From NCBI RefSeq assembly GCF_001194135.2, contig NC_068990.1, positions 1,024,438 to 1,088,437 of the forward strand: DNA of 64,000 nt, written 5' to 3'. Within the stretch, counting starts at the first letter, position 1; every line of letters starts with the position of its first letter. The notes under the pieces were generated by a model that did no database searches, was not told the origin of the DNA, and was given only the letters and a program-made list of their open reading frames with translations. This document shows positions 51,294 through 64,000 of this stretch, one piece after another. The stretch comes from Octopus bimaculoides. Lineage: Eukaryota. A program made the translations under genes and the position numbers.

Positions 51294-51459
51294 AATGGTT
51301 TTTCTTTAGCTGTTTCCTTCTGTGCCGTAAAAGTGGGCAGGCTCTCTTTCATATCAGTCAAATCACCCACAACTGGTGTGTTCTTCATTTGTTTACGCTG
51401 AATTTTCTTCAGCAGCATTTCTTTAGCTTTTAATTTCTGGGTACAGATGGAATTTATTT
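51294..51459 (-). CDS. SLX9: SLX9 homolog, exon (K)INSICTQKLKAKEMLLKKIQRKQMKNTPVVGDLTDMKESLPTFTAQKETAKEKP(L)
   Basis: Acceptor attgctctttttcAG and donor ATT|GTGAGT. 166 nt, phase 1 to 2. TPVVGDL..M..SLP matches the conserved SLX9 VVGDL.PL.DALP motif. Confidence 0.88.
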
Positions 51460-51649
51460 CTGAAAAAGAGCAATACATTGAAGACAATTAATTAAAAGGC
51501 AGAGAAATTAGTAAAGGAAAGACTATCCAATTTCAATTGAAAAACAACTCACAAAAATTGAGAAAAAAAAAGGAAAAAGGTTGTGGTGGCAGCAGTAGAA
51601 GGGCATGGAAGAAAAATTTGTATTTTATACAAAAATAGATATGATATTC

Positions 51650-52060
51650 TTTTATCCTTTACTTGTTTTAGTCATCTGACTGTGGCCATGATAGAGCACT
51701 GATTTGAAGAATTTTAATTGAATGGATTGACACCAGTACTTACTTTTTAATGTCTGGTACTTATCCTATCTGTTTCTTTTGCCAAATTGATAAGTTAGAG
51801 GGACATAAACACACCAATACCAGTTGTCAAGCAGTGGTGGGGGACAAACATAGTTACAGAGACATGTACATGCATGCCTGCACGCACACACACACACACA
51901 AATGGGCATCTTTTAGTCTGCATCTACCAAATCCACTCATGTGGTTTTGGTCAGCTTGAGGCTGTATGTAGTAGAGGACACTTACCCAAGGTGCCTCACA
52001 GTGAAACTGAACACAGAACCATGTGGTTGGGAAGCAAACTTCTTACCACACAGCTGTGCT
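51650..52060 (-). mobile_element. SINE family A
   Basis: Full reverse copy. Confidence 0.7.
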
Positions 52061-52708
52061 GAAGGAACTTGCGATTCTGTTTTAGACAATGGTTGAGAGA
52101 TATGACAGACATCTATCATTAATAAGATTTGTTCAAGCTCTTGCATTCTGAGTTCAAATCTCACCACAGCCTACTTGGGTGACAGACTAAATCCATTGCC
52201 GAGTTTAAGACCACCACCAGGCACCTTGATGCCTTTAGCAGAGTCCACTCTATTACAAGCATTAACACTTTAGCATTTAAACTGGCACAAATAGTCTACC
52301 AGAATATTCTGTTCTGGCCCAAATATTCTACCTGCTTTATGTACAAACTGGCCAGGCCCAATTTCTCACACCTATTTTACAATGTCATTCTAAAAATAAA
52401 CAATCACATCACTGAAACCTTGAATTTATGAAACAGGGTAACCATGTGTCTCCTCAACAATGAAACCCCTGTTTCTACCCTTCTGTCACACTAACCTCTC
52501 ATCACTTCACACAAGGCCACCTCCTCCAATATCCCCACCCTTGTGCCCCCTCAGAGGGTGAGTTACTTGGCACCTTAGCTGTTTAACCCTGGGTCAGCTT
52601 TGAATGAACAAACCTATGATAAAATGAGGTTTGGATATAATGTATCTATTGACTATGCAGCTGAGATATTTCCTCCCTCTTCTTTTTAAACATTTTTAAA
52701 CAACAGTA

Positions 52709-53099
52709 GGTGCAGGAGTGGCTGTGTGGTAAGTAGCTTGCTAACCAACCACATGGTTCTGGGTTCACTCCCACTGCATAACACCTTGGGCGAGTGTCTT
52801 CTACTATAGGTTTGGGCCGACCAAAGCCTTGTGAGTGGATTTGGTAGATAGAAACTGAAAGAAGCCCATCATATATATATATATATATATATGAGTTTGT
52901 CCCTCCACCATCGCTTGATAACCAATGCTGGTGTGTTTACGCCCCTGTAACTTAGCAGTTCGGCAAAAGTGACCGATAGAATAGGTACTAGGCTTACAAA
53001 GAATAAGTCCTGGGGTCGATTTGCTCAACTAAAGGCAGTGCTCCAGCATGGTTGCAGTCAAATGACTGAAACAAGTAAAAAGAAAAAGAATAAAAAGAA
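52709..53099 (+). mobile_element. SINE family A, best-preserved copy
   Basis: A-box-like TGGCTGTGTGG (52719-29), B-box-like GGTTCACTCCC (52762-72), central (AT)n and an A-rich tail. Confidence 0.85.
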
Positions 53100-53959
53100 C
53101 AGTAATTAGAAGACAATTTGAAGTACAATGTGCAACAGCTTGGAGGCTTCACACATTTGTTCAACAATCTTTACTGTTACAAGAAGGGCCTAATTCAAGG
53201 ATGATATAGGGTTAGACAACAAATAGTGTTTTAATGACTTTCTCATTAAAACTCAATTTCAGGTAATTTGTTTTTAGAGTAAATTGGAGAACAATTACTC
53301 TACTCTCTTAAGAATTGTTTTCATTCTACTTCTGAACTCAATTAAGTGATTTAAAAAAAAAAAATATTCTTTCTTGTTGATTCAATCTGAAATCTTATTT
53401 GAAGATTAAACCAGGATTAAATAGAGGCTATGAATTTAAATAATTTACTGGCATTGATATAATGATTATATGACAACATGCACACACAAAGTTATGTCAA
53501 ATATTAGTCTGAAAAATAATTAACTGCTTAACCCTTTCAATAGATGCTTAGTCTTACTGACATCAGTGGGAATGTAGCAGTCGTGACATTCCAGTCTTTC
53601 TTGAGCATTAGTGATCTTCACATGGAGAATGAGCAGAAGAGAATAACTGAGTTCAATGACGAAAATAGCAGTTTCAACAAACATCATAGTTCTGGTCATT
53701 CACTGCATTTACACCTGTCTCTGATTAAACTTTATTTATCCTTTGAATCAAGGCAGTCCTGGGGGCATAAAAGTGAAGATGAAAGATGTTGCACAACTTT
53801 CCTCTCGCATAAATCCGATTCCCATGAAGTAATACTATCACAGGCTGTTATGGTCATCCTCCCCCAATGAATGTACAAACAAGGATCATTATTATGGAGG
53901 GATCATTATTATTATTCATTAGTTTGTCCGTCATCATTAATTCTAACCAAGGGCATCAC

Positions 53960-54225
53960 ATAAGAGAAGAAGACAGGGTATGGTATGTCCAGCCACGGCC
54001 AATCAGTCTGATGCATGCATGGAAGACTCGGCCACAGGACAGACACTGGTGGTCGGCTGGGACTGAAGGCAAAGAGTTAGCTCTGGACTTGCACAGTTTG
54101 CAATCCTGTTCTGTTCAGAGGAGGTGGAACCTCTGTTGGTGCAGCTTCATCAGGAAGGGCGATCTTGTGCTTGTGTTTCCCAGGTGTTGGGATTGAGCTC
54201 AATGCTCTTCAGCGAGTAACTGAAA
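53960..54225 (-). mobile_element. RTE (BovB-like) ORF2 C-terminal remnant
   Basis: SLKSIELNPNTWETQAQDRPS**SCTNRG resembles the RTE LK...IDP.TWE..A.DR..WR motif. Confidence 0.6.
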
Positions 54226-54271
54226 TAACTACAACAGACAATTCGAACTCACTTCTTACCTAACATTACTC

Positions 54272-54345
<74 letters not shown>

Positions 54346-54362
54346 TGTGTGTGTGTGTGTGC
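54272..54362. repeat. (TG)n microsatellite
   Basis: Directly visible. Confidence 0.97.
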
Positions 54363-54589
54363 GTGCGCACAGGAATGGTTGAAGCCATGATAGCATCAAT
54401 ATCGTGCCACCCTGCTTCCAATCCTACTGCATGGCTAAGTGACAGCGACCAAAGCTTCAGGCCTTGCAAGTGAAATTGGGTTAATGGAAATTATAGACAG
54501 CAATTCATGTCACACTGATTCTGCCTGCAACCAAAAGGGGACAAATGTCCGTGGAATAGTCAGTCACTTACACTGTGACTAGTGAAGAT

Positions 54590-54880
54590 GCATGGCTTAG
54601 TGGTTAGAGCATTCGGCTCATGATCATAAGGTTGTGAGTTCAATTTCAGTTGGCATGTTGTGTCCTTGAGCAAGACACTTTATTTTTTGTTGCTCCAGTC
54701 CATTTAGCTGGCAAAAATAAGCTGTACCTATAATTCAAAGGGTCAGCCTTTGTGTCATACTGAATCTCCCTAAGAACTATGTTAAGTGTATGCATGTCTG
54801 TGAGGTTCTCAGCTACTTGTATGTTACTTTCACAAGCAGGCTGTTTGCATCATCGAAACCACTGGAACACTTGTCATAAC
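54590..54880 (+). mobile_element. SINE family C
   Basis: GCATGGCTTAGTGGTTAGAGC head and body. Confidence 0.7.
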
Positions 54881-55229
54881 GGACAGAGGGCCAGTACACA
54901 CTGTGGCTAAAGTGCAAGACATGCCCAAGACACCATGCAGTGAGACTGAACCCAGAACAGTGTAACCGAAAAGCAATTACTTTAACCACGTGATCAGGCA
55001 CTTGTGCATGGTAGAAACCATAGTAATACCATTATAGCAAAAAAAGTAGTCTTAAATAGAAGTCTGGAGAAAAAAAAAATTAGTGAAGTAATTAAGTTAA
55101 ATGAGTGGTACCTACAGTATACAAGTGTGTGTATGTGTATTTGTGAACGTGAAATGAGACAGTGTGTGTATGTGTGTGTGTATGCAGATTACAATTTCAT
55201 CCTGAGAGATTTTGTGAAGTCCATTCCAA

Positions 55230-55656
55230 CTCTTTAGCATTTCTATTCCTCTGTCAAATGTAATACTTGTTTACTTGCATTGGTTTGAATTAATCATACG
55301 TTATCTTGTTGTATTGAGAATTTGATGTTGTGAATGTTTATTTTTAGAAGGACATGGTAAGGTAGGTGTAAAAGGCTGAACCTGGTTAGTTTGAACATAA
55401 GACAGGTAGAATATGTGGGCTAGATTCAACTGGTTTAACCCTTTAGTATTTAGATTACTCTGTCAAAAGTAATGCTTATTTATTCACATTGTTTTGAATT
55501 AATCATGCATTTTCATGTAGCTTTGAGATTTCGATGAGGAAACTTGTGTTTTAGAGTGGTATTGCAGGGTTTCTGTGAGAGGCCAGATCTCATTAGATTG
55601 AACATAAAACAGGTAAAATATTTTGACCAGACATGGCTGGTTTAAATGCCAAAGGG
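55230..55656. mobile_element. Two tandem P1 piggyBac-like MITEs
   Basis: The second copy (55439-55656) is flanked by TTAA at 55435-38 and 55657-60. The first copy ends at that TTAA. Confidence 0.7.
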
Positions 55657-56635
55657 TTAAGCAACTGTGACTGTCAGTTTGAGAAAAAAAAGCAAATAAA
55701 TTTAGCAGCCATTGTTGACATTCCATCATGTGAGCTTTGTTGTTGCTAATGGTCAATTACGGAAAACTTTTAAATATGGAACTGCAAAATTCAGTTAACC
55801 CAGCTAGCACATGTGTCCATCATCATCATCATCATTTTAATGTCTGTTTTCTATGCTTGCAAAGGTTGGATAATTTGACAGGAGCTGTCAGGGTCTGTTT
55901 TGGCATGGTTTGTATAGCTGGATGCTCTTTGTAATGCCAACCACTTGACAGAGTGTACTGAGTGCTTCTAATGTGACATCAGCATCAGTAACCCTTCTGT
56001 GACACTGGCATGGGTGCTTTTACACACAACAAATTCTCTGTTTACATGTTGTTCTACCACAAAGTACATGTAAAGCTTTCTTAAATAAGTGTAAAACAAA
56101 ACAAATAAATATATAAATAATGCAACTACACATACATAGAGAACATAAACATGACAATTCAAATAAAGATTCAACCGAGCTAATTAAAACTGTTAATATA
56201 AAAATATTAACAGTTTTAAATTGAAAAGGGGGAAAAAAATCACTTAGTTCCTAAGTGGCAGAGAATGTAAAGAAAAAAAAATCTCGAAATAGAATTATTC
56301 ATGAATTTTAGGTTACAAAGAAAAAAATCCTAAAAATAGAATATAAAATGAAATAAAAAATGCAAATCAATGTATTTTAGAGGGAAAAATATTTTAAACA
56401 CAACAGCAAAAAAAAAAAAAACAACAACAAAATTCTGGTTTCTTCCAACCACCAGCATCAACAATAACACTAAAATATTTTAGTTTATCACAAAGACAAA
56501 ATTGACAACTAAATGAACACGCTTAGCTGAATGGTTATTTGTGGAATAAGATGTTGCAATCAATTTCAATGTTTATAAGGTAAAAAGTAAAGACCTTCAC
56601 TTAAAGCTCACAAGCCACTTAAGAACAGAATAGTA

Positions 56636-56667
<32 letters not shown>

Positions 56668-56669
56668 AA

Positions 56670-57110
56670 TAGTTTCAAATTCTGGCAAAAAGACAGGCAG
56701 TTTTGAGGGTGGGCCTCAATCAATTACATCGACCCCACCCCCTCCTGCTCAGCTGGTACTTGTTTTATCAACCGCAAAAGGATAAAACTTGAGCTCAACA
56801 GAATCTGAACTCAGGAATGTAAAGACGAATGAAATGCTGCTAAGCATTTTGCCCAGTGAGCTAACGATTCTGCTAGATTGCTGCCTTAATAAGAACAACA
56901 ATAATAATGATATCAGTTTCAAATTTTGGCACAAGGCCAACAACACTGACCTGAGTGCTTAACTGGTACTTAATTTATTGAGCTCAAAAGGATGAGAGGC
57001 AAAGTTGACCCTCAGTGGAATTTGGACTCAGAAGTTGAGGATGAATGAAATGCTGCTAAGCATGGCCAGCGTGCTAATGATTCTGCCAGATCACAACCAT
57101 ATTAATAATA
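56670..57110 (-). mobile_element. Two tandem SINE family B copies
   Basis: Reverse copies separated by (AAT/AAC)n. Confidence 0.7.
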
Positions 57111-57410
57111 AGAGCGCTCAGAGAGTGCAAACTTCCACCAAGACAACACCAATGTCTTCAACGATTAGCTAGAGATGACTTTTAAAATGAGAATACCTGA
57201 AATAAACCCGACTGCTCTCACAAACGAGAATACATAAAATGGGCACAGCTGCTCTCAAAACTAAATAAAAACACCGGAAGAATAATCCAGAATCCTTGTC
57301 CAGTACTGGATCGATCCCAAAATCTAATAAGTTTTCAGTAAAGCGATCTCTTATTTCAACTTCCTTTGCAAGGCACAAAGCAAGCAGATGATTTGTTGAC
57401 AGAAGTGACA
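57111..57410 (+). mobile_element. Possible Helentron-associated (DINE-1/HINE-like) non-autonomous element, 5' part
   Basis: It begins AAGAGCGCTCAGAGAGTGCAAACTTCCACCAAG and has an internal TCCAGTACTGGATCGATCC palindrome. The family assignment is from memory. Confidence 0.3.
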
Positions 57411-57704
57411 CCACCACCAATTTTCTTACAGTGCAGATATAAACAAAATACACATGGACACACACACACACACACACAATGGGCCTCTTTCAGTTTCTGA
57501 CTACCAAATCCACTCACACGGATCTGGTCATCCCAGGGCTATAGTGGCAGACACTTGCCCAAGGTTCTACACAGCAGGCCTGTATTCAAAGTGATGTGGT
57601 TGGGAAGTGAACTTCTCAACCACACAGCCCTACCTGCATTAGCTTAAAGTAAAAAAACAAACAAAAAAAACATTAGCTGAAAAAAATCTTAGATACACTA
57701 AAGG

Positions 57705-58045
57705 TACAGGCATGCTTCTGTGGTAAGAAGCTTACTACCGAACCACATGGTTCCAGGTTCAGCCCCACTGCATGGCAGCTTGGGCAAGTGTTTCTACAAT
57801 AGCCTTGGACTGACCAAAGCCTTGTGAGTAGATCTGGTAGACGGAAATCTGAAAGAAGCCTGTGATATGTGTGTGTTGGTATGCTTACATCCCCATAACT
57901 TAGCAGTTTGGCAAAGAGACCAACAGAATAAGATCCAGGCTTACCAAAAAAATTACTGGGTCAGTTCATTTGACCAAAACAAATTGTTCAAGGCAGTGCC
58001 CCAGCATGGCTGTAGTCTAATGAGTGAAACAAGTAAAAAATAAAA
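57705..58045 (+). mobile_element. SINE family A
   Basis: Head, body and tail. Confidence 0.7.
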
Positions 58046-58464
58046 GACACTATACCACAAAAAAAAAAAAAAAAAAAAAAAATCAGCTTAATTAGGGTTG
58101 ATTTGGGACTGAACAACAAGAACAACAACAGTTAATGGAAGGCTGGCTTGGTAAGGCTTTGGATCGAGTACCTAGTAGTATTTGATTGTGTCCCTTTCAG
58201 TTAATTTTTTAGGTCTGACCAGAGAGTAAACAACAACATAGTGTGTGTAAGAGAGGGGAAAAGGAAAAATAAAAAAAAAAACAATCAAAAACAGTCATCA
58301 TCAGAGACATAACAGAGGCTGCCAAGCAGAAGTTCCTAACTAATTATTAGACAATCACGAGTTCAAATTTCTCATCCAAAGTGACTTGTCTTATGTTTCA
58401 AAACAAAGGTAGGCAGACCTGCTTTGCTCCAGTCTGCCTAAATAAATAAATTAAAAAGTCACAG

Positions 58465-58750
58465 GTGTGGCTGTGTGGTAAGAAGTTTGCTTCCCAACCA
58501 CATGGTTTCGGGTTCAGTACCACTGAGTAGCACCTTAGGAAAGTGTCTTCTACTATAGCCTCCAGTGAACTAGAATCTTTTGAGTGGATTTGGTAGACAG
58601 AAACTGAAACTGACTCATGTAGGTGTCTGTGTTTGTTTCTCTCCCCACCACTGCTTGACAGCAGGTTGTTGGTGTGTTTATGTCCCTGCAATTTGGTAGT
58701 TTGCAAAAGAGACTGATAGAATAAGTACGAGGCTTTAAAAAAATAAGTAC
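58465..58750 (+). mobile_element. SINE family A (3'-truncated)
   Basis: Head and body. Confidence 0.7.
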
Positions 58751-59394
58751 CACACCAAAACCATTTGTAGTAGCTGGGTGAAGACAAGGAAAGCAGTTAG
58801 AAACATTTCCAGTGTCAAAATACACCTCATTGCTCAGATAATAAATGAGAACAAACCTGTGAAAATTTTCAAAATGTGAATGATAATGCAAGACAAACTA
58901 CTGGCCAAAGCACTCTCCATGTAAACTGATGCATAAATTGTTTCCAACTACTCAATACATTGGCTAATATTTCTGATATTTATGGAAGTAAATTTCAGAG
59001 AAAAATAATTCTGTTTTTGGTCATTAAAATATCAAGTTCTTATTTTTTCCTTTCATTTAGAATAATTCAAATTATATATTTTTTGCTTTATTTATTAGTT
59101 GTTTTCACTAAATTTTATTCAGAAATTTCATTTCTATACATATATTTATTTTTTAAAAACATATATTTTGAAGTAAACAAAATAATTTTTACAGCATCTA
59201 AAACAGTTTCCTTCAGTATTTATTGCTGAACATTTTACGCAAATTTGAAAAAAGTTAAATATAGAAAATTGTTTAAGGGAAGTGTTTAGTTGCAAAGGTG
59301 TTAGAATCCATTTTGAGAGCACAAAGGGGTTGACAGCACTTTTCAGTTCCACATTTCTGTTAGGGCTTAAAGGGTTGCAAAGAGAAATAAGTCA

Positions 59395-59770
59395 TCATCA
59401 TCATCATCATCATTTAACATCTGGTCTCCATGCTGGCATGGGTTGGATGGCTTGACATGGAGGTGGCTCACAGGGAGCTGTTCGGATTCGCTGTGGCACG
59501 GTCTGTATGGCTGGATGCCCTTCCTAATGCCATCTGTTTAACAGAGTGTGCTGGATGCATTTTACTTGTCATGGTCATGGGTGTGTTTACGCAGCACTAG
59601 CACGGTTGCTTTTCATGTGGCAGTGGCTCCTTAAAAGACAAGCCTAGATGTGCGGAAGACAGCAATTTTACTTGGGTAGACATGTCTTATCAAGTACAGC
59701 GAATCACCACATCTCCTGGTCCCTTGTCATTTCCTCAGTGAGGCCCAGTGTCCGAAAATCCTTTCCTGGG
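59395..59770 (-). mobile_element. RTE-tail element
   Basis: (CAT)n followed by the reverse tail. Confidence 0.65.
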
Positions 59771-60735
59771 AAGTCAGAGCTTAAAGCAAAAAATCAAACA
59801 TTTTTGTATGTTGGGGGAGGGGGTACCATTAAACAACTTCAAAACACAAAGTGGATGCCTTATCATACACAACAGTCAAATATTCAGTTGACATCTTATC
59901 TTGCTGTGGGGTTAAGGAGAACTGAAATGAAAACCCAAGAAAAAGAGAAAAGTTTGAGGAACTCAAGAACACAAGGAGGTTGCCTCATTATATTTATCTT
60001 TTCTCTTTTACTTGTTTCAGTTAATGGACTGTGGCCATGTTGGAGCACCAATTTGAGTTTAGTTGTACAAAGTGACTGACCAGAACATATTTTTTAAAAC
60101 TAGTATTTACTGAATCAGCCTCTTGTTGTACTGCTAAGTTACAGGGATGTAAACAAACCAACACCAGTTGTCAAGTGGTGGTGGACAAACACAACATAAA
60201 CATACAAGTAAATATGTGACAGGCTTCGTACAAACGCCTCCTTTCTCTACTACTACTGCAGCTTAAACAATCAAAGACAAGAATTCATATCAAACTAGCT
60301 GCTGCTAACCACCTAGAACCCACAAGAATAGAAAAGAGACACAGAGACTGACTGAAAAAAAGAAAATGTCCCTTGCATTTGAAAACTAGGGAAATATTAA
60401 AAAAAAAAACGTTTCACAATTTAATTGGTTTTGATGCTTTATTCTAAGTGGAAAATGTCACAGACTGAAACCGGTGCTAAAATGTTCTTCATGATAAAAT
60501 TATTTTAGCATTTTCTACCTTGTCTTATTTTCCTTATACATATCAACTCTTGTGTTCCTTTTCCCGCTTCTACATATATATATACACACAAACACACACA
60601 GTGGCCATGCTGGAGCCCCACCTTTAATATACATATATATAATGTGAATAATCCAAAATGTTTATCTCACTTTGATGAAACTTGTAAGTGATGTGATTCT
60701 GAGTCAAATTGTTCAGACAAATAAAAAGATATATG

Positions 60736-60809
<74 letters not shown>

Positions 60810-61887
60810 GCAAGGGACAGGGAGCAGAAGGGAAGTGAGAAAGAGAGAGGGGGAGATAGAGAGATGGATAGAAAGGAGAGAGAGAGAGGGATAGAGAGCA
60901 AGAGAGAAAGTAAGTTAATAAAGCTAACTAATCTGTAAATATCAGAGTCCCGAGCAGCTGATAGCTTTCAAACGAATACATTTACCAGCAAAATCCCTTA
61001 TCTGATTTACATAATTACATTGGCCCTAGCAGTAACATCAGGAAGCCTTCTCCCTCCACCCTGGCTCCATTCACTATTTCAATTTCAACTTAACAACATG
61101 CAATTCAGAGGTTCAGAATAAATACATTATATCTCGTAGTGGTGATCTACCAACAGACAGTGCTGCCACTACGAACACCTCCACTACTTCCATCAGCAGC
61201 AGTGTAAATTCTAGACTTGTTAGATTTAGAAATCAGCATGCCAAAGAGTTTTGCAATGAAATTAATTAAATAGTCACTTGCTGCTGAACTTGTAGATTTA
61301 TGAAGTGGAAATATATCGGAGATGAGAAATTTGTTTTATCAGTTAATATATTTTCATGTTGTTAAGTTCCCTTGCTGGCTTGTGTGTATTTTAATGCTGT
61401 CTTTGTGAATGTAAAGAAAACTTGCTGTGGTTGGCAGAATGGTCTAATGTGTTTGACTATGAATTGGAATATCAATGGTTTGTAATCTGGCCATAAGCAA
61501 AGTATGGCAGTATCCCTGATGGTAAAGATGCTAAACTTCGTTTGGTCACTGCCTGCCAATCTGTAAACTGATATGAAGGAATCGCTTCTGCTCACTGCAG
61601 AGCTGAATTCAAAAAGTAAACAGCATGGTAAATAAATGTTCTGTTGCCATGCAACAATGAGTTCAAGCCTTCAGAAGTGGTCTGGGAAAAGGCAACGCGA
61701 AATGACTGCAGCACTAAAATTTCCAGCCAGAGTTCCCAAATTGTTTTAATCAGTATTGCTGTTGAATGGAAACTAATTCCCAGTTTTGATCAACTCCATA
61801 TGATCACTGATCTGAAGGAATCCCCTATACATTAAACTCATCATATGCTGATAACCAAAACATTATGACACCTTGGCATTACTGTAA

Positions 61888-62088
61888 CTCTTTAGCCCTC
61901 AAACAGGTTATATCTGGACCAAGTATTTGATCTGTCTTTATTTTCAAACTGGCCAGATCTGGCCTCTCACACCTACCCTACAATGCCACTCAAAACATAA
62001 AAATCACAAAGCTAAGAGATAATACATGATTAATTTGAAACAATATGAATAAATAAGCAGTTGATGGATTAATCTGAATGCTAAAAGG
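61888..62088. mobile_element. P1 piggyBac-like MITE (opposite orientation to the 1818 copy)
   Basis: CTCTTTAGC...AATGCTAAAAGG-TTAA. Confidence 0.65.
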
Positions 62089-62791
62089 TTAATATCATCA
62101 TCCATTTGGCACTCACTTTTCCATGCTTGCAATAGGTCAAATGGAATTGTTTGAGGCAGATTTTCTACAACTGGATGCCCTTCCTGCTAACTCTCACTTG
62201 TTTTGAAGATAAAGGCAATATTTTCCCCCATGGTCAGATATGTCTTGTGTAGAAGGCCAGAAAAAAACAATCTTGCTTGCATGACGATGATGCTCATTTA
62301 CAACCATCACATGATATCTAGAGAAGGGGACACCTACACATATACACAAACGACAAGCTTCTTTCAGTTTCCATCAACTAAATAAATTCACAAGGCAATA
62401 GTAGAAGACACTTGCCCAAGGTGCCATGCCTTGCTTTACTATGGAAATGAACCCAAGATTACATGGTTGGGAAGCAAGCTTTCTATCTGTGGCAAAGTTA
62501 GCAACTTCAGATCTGATCTATGTCTAGCTAAACACTCATTAACTTCTGAAATAAAAGTCTTACACAAACTTCCTCCATGCCTTTGTACAGGCAGAAACTT
62601 TCCATCACTGGATGCCCTTCCTGTCATTAAACCTCAACTGTTTCCAAGCATGGTAATATTTCCCCCATGGCCAGACTTGTTTAATGTAGAAGATTGGAAA
62701 CGAAGGACACAGCTTTTATGATAGTGACACTTGCTTACAACTACTGTGTGACATCAAGGTAAGGAGCTACAAATACACACAGACATATACA

Positions 62792-62823
<32 letters not shown>

Positions 62824-63244
62824 AGAGAGGGGCTTGTTTCAGTTTCTTTTTCCTAAATTCAATCTCAAGGTTTTGGTTGACCAGGGTTATAATAGAAGAC
62901 AGACACTTGTTCAAAGTACTGCTGAGTAGGACTGAACCCAAAACCATGCGGTTGAGAAGCAAACTTCTTAACTACACAGCCATGCCTGCATCTTCGTATA
63001 AAACTGTCTTTGAGGCCATAAAAGTTTATTCAGCAAAAAGTTTATATTTAAGAAATTTCCTAAGTAGTTGATTGATTTTATAAGAACAAATATTTTGATG
63101 TCTGTCTAAAAGTAATTCTGTCAGTTATGTCAACATACAAGATGATAAACAATACATCTAATGACAACAGGAAGTTGAGCTCCTGTGATGATGTATGTAT
63201 GACTACGAGGTGAGGTAACCAACAGACATTTCATTGGATTTTAA

Positions 63245-63352
63245 CCTTTAGCACACTACATTGTCTCTAGAATTGTTTCCCCTGCTACTGCCCTGTTGCT
63301 ACAAGCGAGAAAACTCATATGGTGACATCATGCACCGACAGTGTGCTAAAGG
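63245..63352. mobile_element. 108-bp TTAA-flanked mini-MITE (family P3)
   Basis: TTAA at 63241-44 and 63353-56. Perfect 13-bp TIR CCTTTAGCACACT. Confidence 0.75.
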
Positions 63353-63489
63353 TTAATTCATTGTCTTTTAGACCAGCTTTTTGCAAGTGTACTTTGAAAA
63401 CTTGTTCAGCTGCGTTTCAGCAGCCGTGAGGGTATCACTCACTGATAATTACAAAATAATCAACAATGACTTCTTTGCCTTATTCTTAA

Positions 63490-63704
63490 CACTCTAACAT
63501 TTACACCAGCCATATCCGGCCCAAATATTGTACTTGTTTTATGTTCAAACTGGCCAGATTCAGCCTCTCATACTGACCTGACACTGTTATTTTAAAAATA
63601 AACAAACACATGATCAAAATTTGAAAACTACAAGCCATGAGTAATTCAAAACAATACAAATAAATATGCATTTCATTTGACAGAGCTATCCGAATGCTAA
63701 AGGG
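63490..63704. mobile_element. P1 piggyBac-like MITE
   Basis: TTAA-CACTCTAACATT...AATGCTAAAGGG. Confidence 0.6.
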
Positions 63705-64000
63705 AAGATTATGGTACATATACACATGTACATACATGAATATAAACACACATACATAAATAAATATACATACATGCATACACATACAATCTATATACAT
63801 ATATATATATATATATCATCTGCCATATACCTAATATATACCTGATAAAGATCACCACTACCCATTTTCCTTTATTCAAAAATTCTTATCGCTCCTTAAA
63901 ATTATGGCTTTTAAGTGTTGATTTCTCAGCCCAAGAATTACAGCGTGATGTGCTGCTTGACTGGTCCCCCCTCTCCCTCTCTCTCTCTCTCTCTCTCTTT

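Overview
This is AT-rich, microsatellite-dense eukaryotic DNA with five N-gaps. The mix of tRNA-headed SINEs, RTE-type LINE tails ending in (GAT)n, Penelope-like remnants and MITEs looks like an octopus (coleoid cephalopod) genome, which is an inference. The ORF track is almost all repeat noise, and the real genes are small spliced exons on the minus strand. (1) Five exons (11352-11325, 10643-10587, 9511-9437, 5239-5167, 2865-2807) splice in frame to the N-terminal part of a divergent GRAF/oligophrenin-type RhoGAP domain with the arginine finger (GIYR) intact. (2) Three 3' exons (51459-51294, 48606-48562, 47671-47554) encode the C-terminus of ribosome-biogenesis factor SLX9/FAM207A. Most of the remainder is transposon-derived: three SINE families, RTE fragments, Penelope-like elements, mariner and Tigger elements, and TTAA-flanked piggyBac-like MITEs. 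The most notable non-coding signal is a type I hammerhead-ribozyme-like motif at 35380-35466, with two more degenerate relatives. Also of note are inverted SINE arrays inside a RhoGAP intron and the absence of recognisable BAR/PH exons upstream of the RhoGAP domain. No prokaryotic system or CRISPR array is present. Exon, TIR and ribozyme coordinates were counted by hand; SINE and LINE boundaries are approximate.
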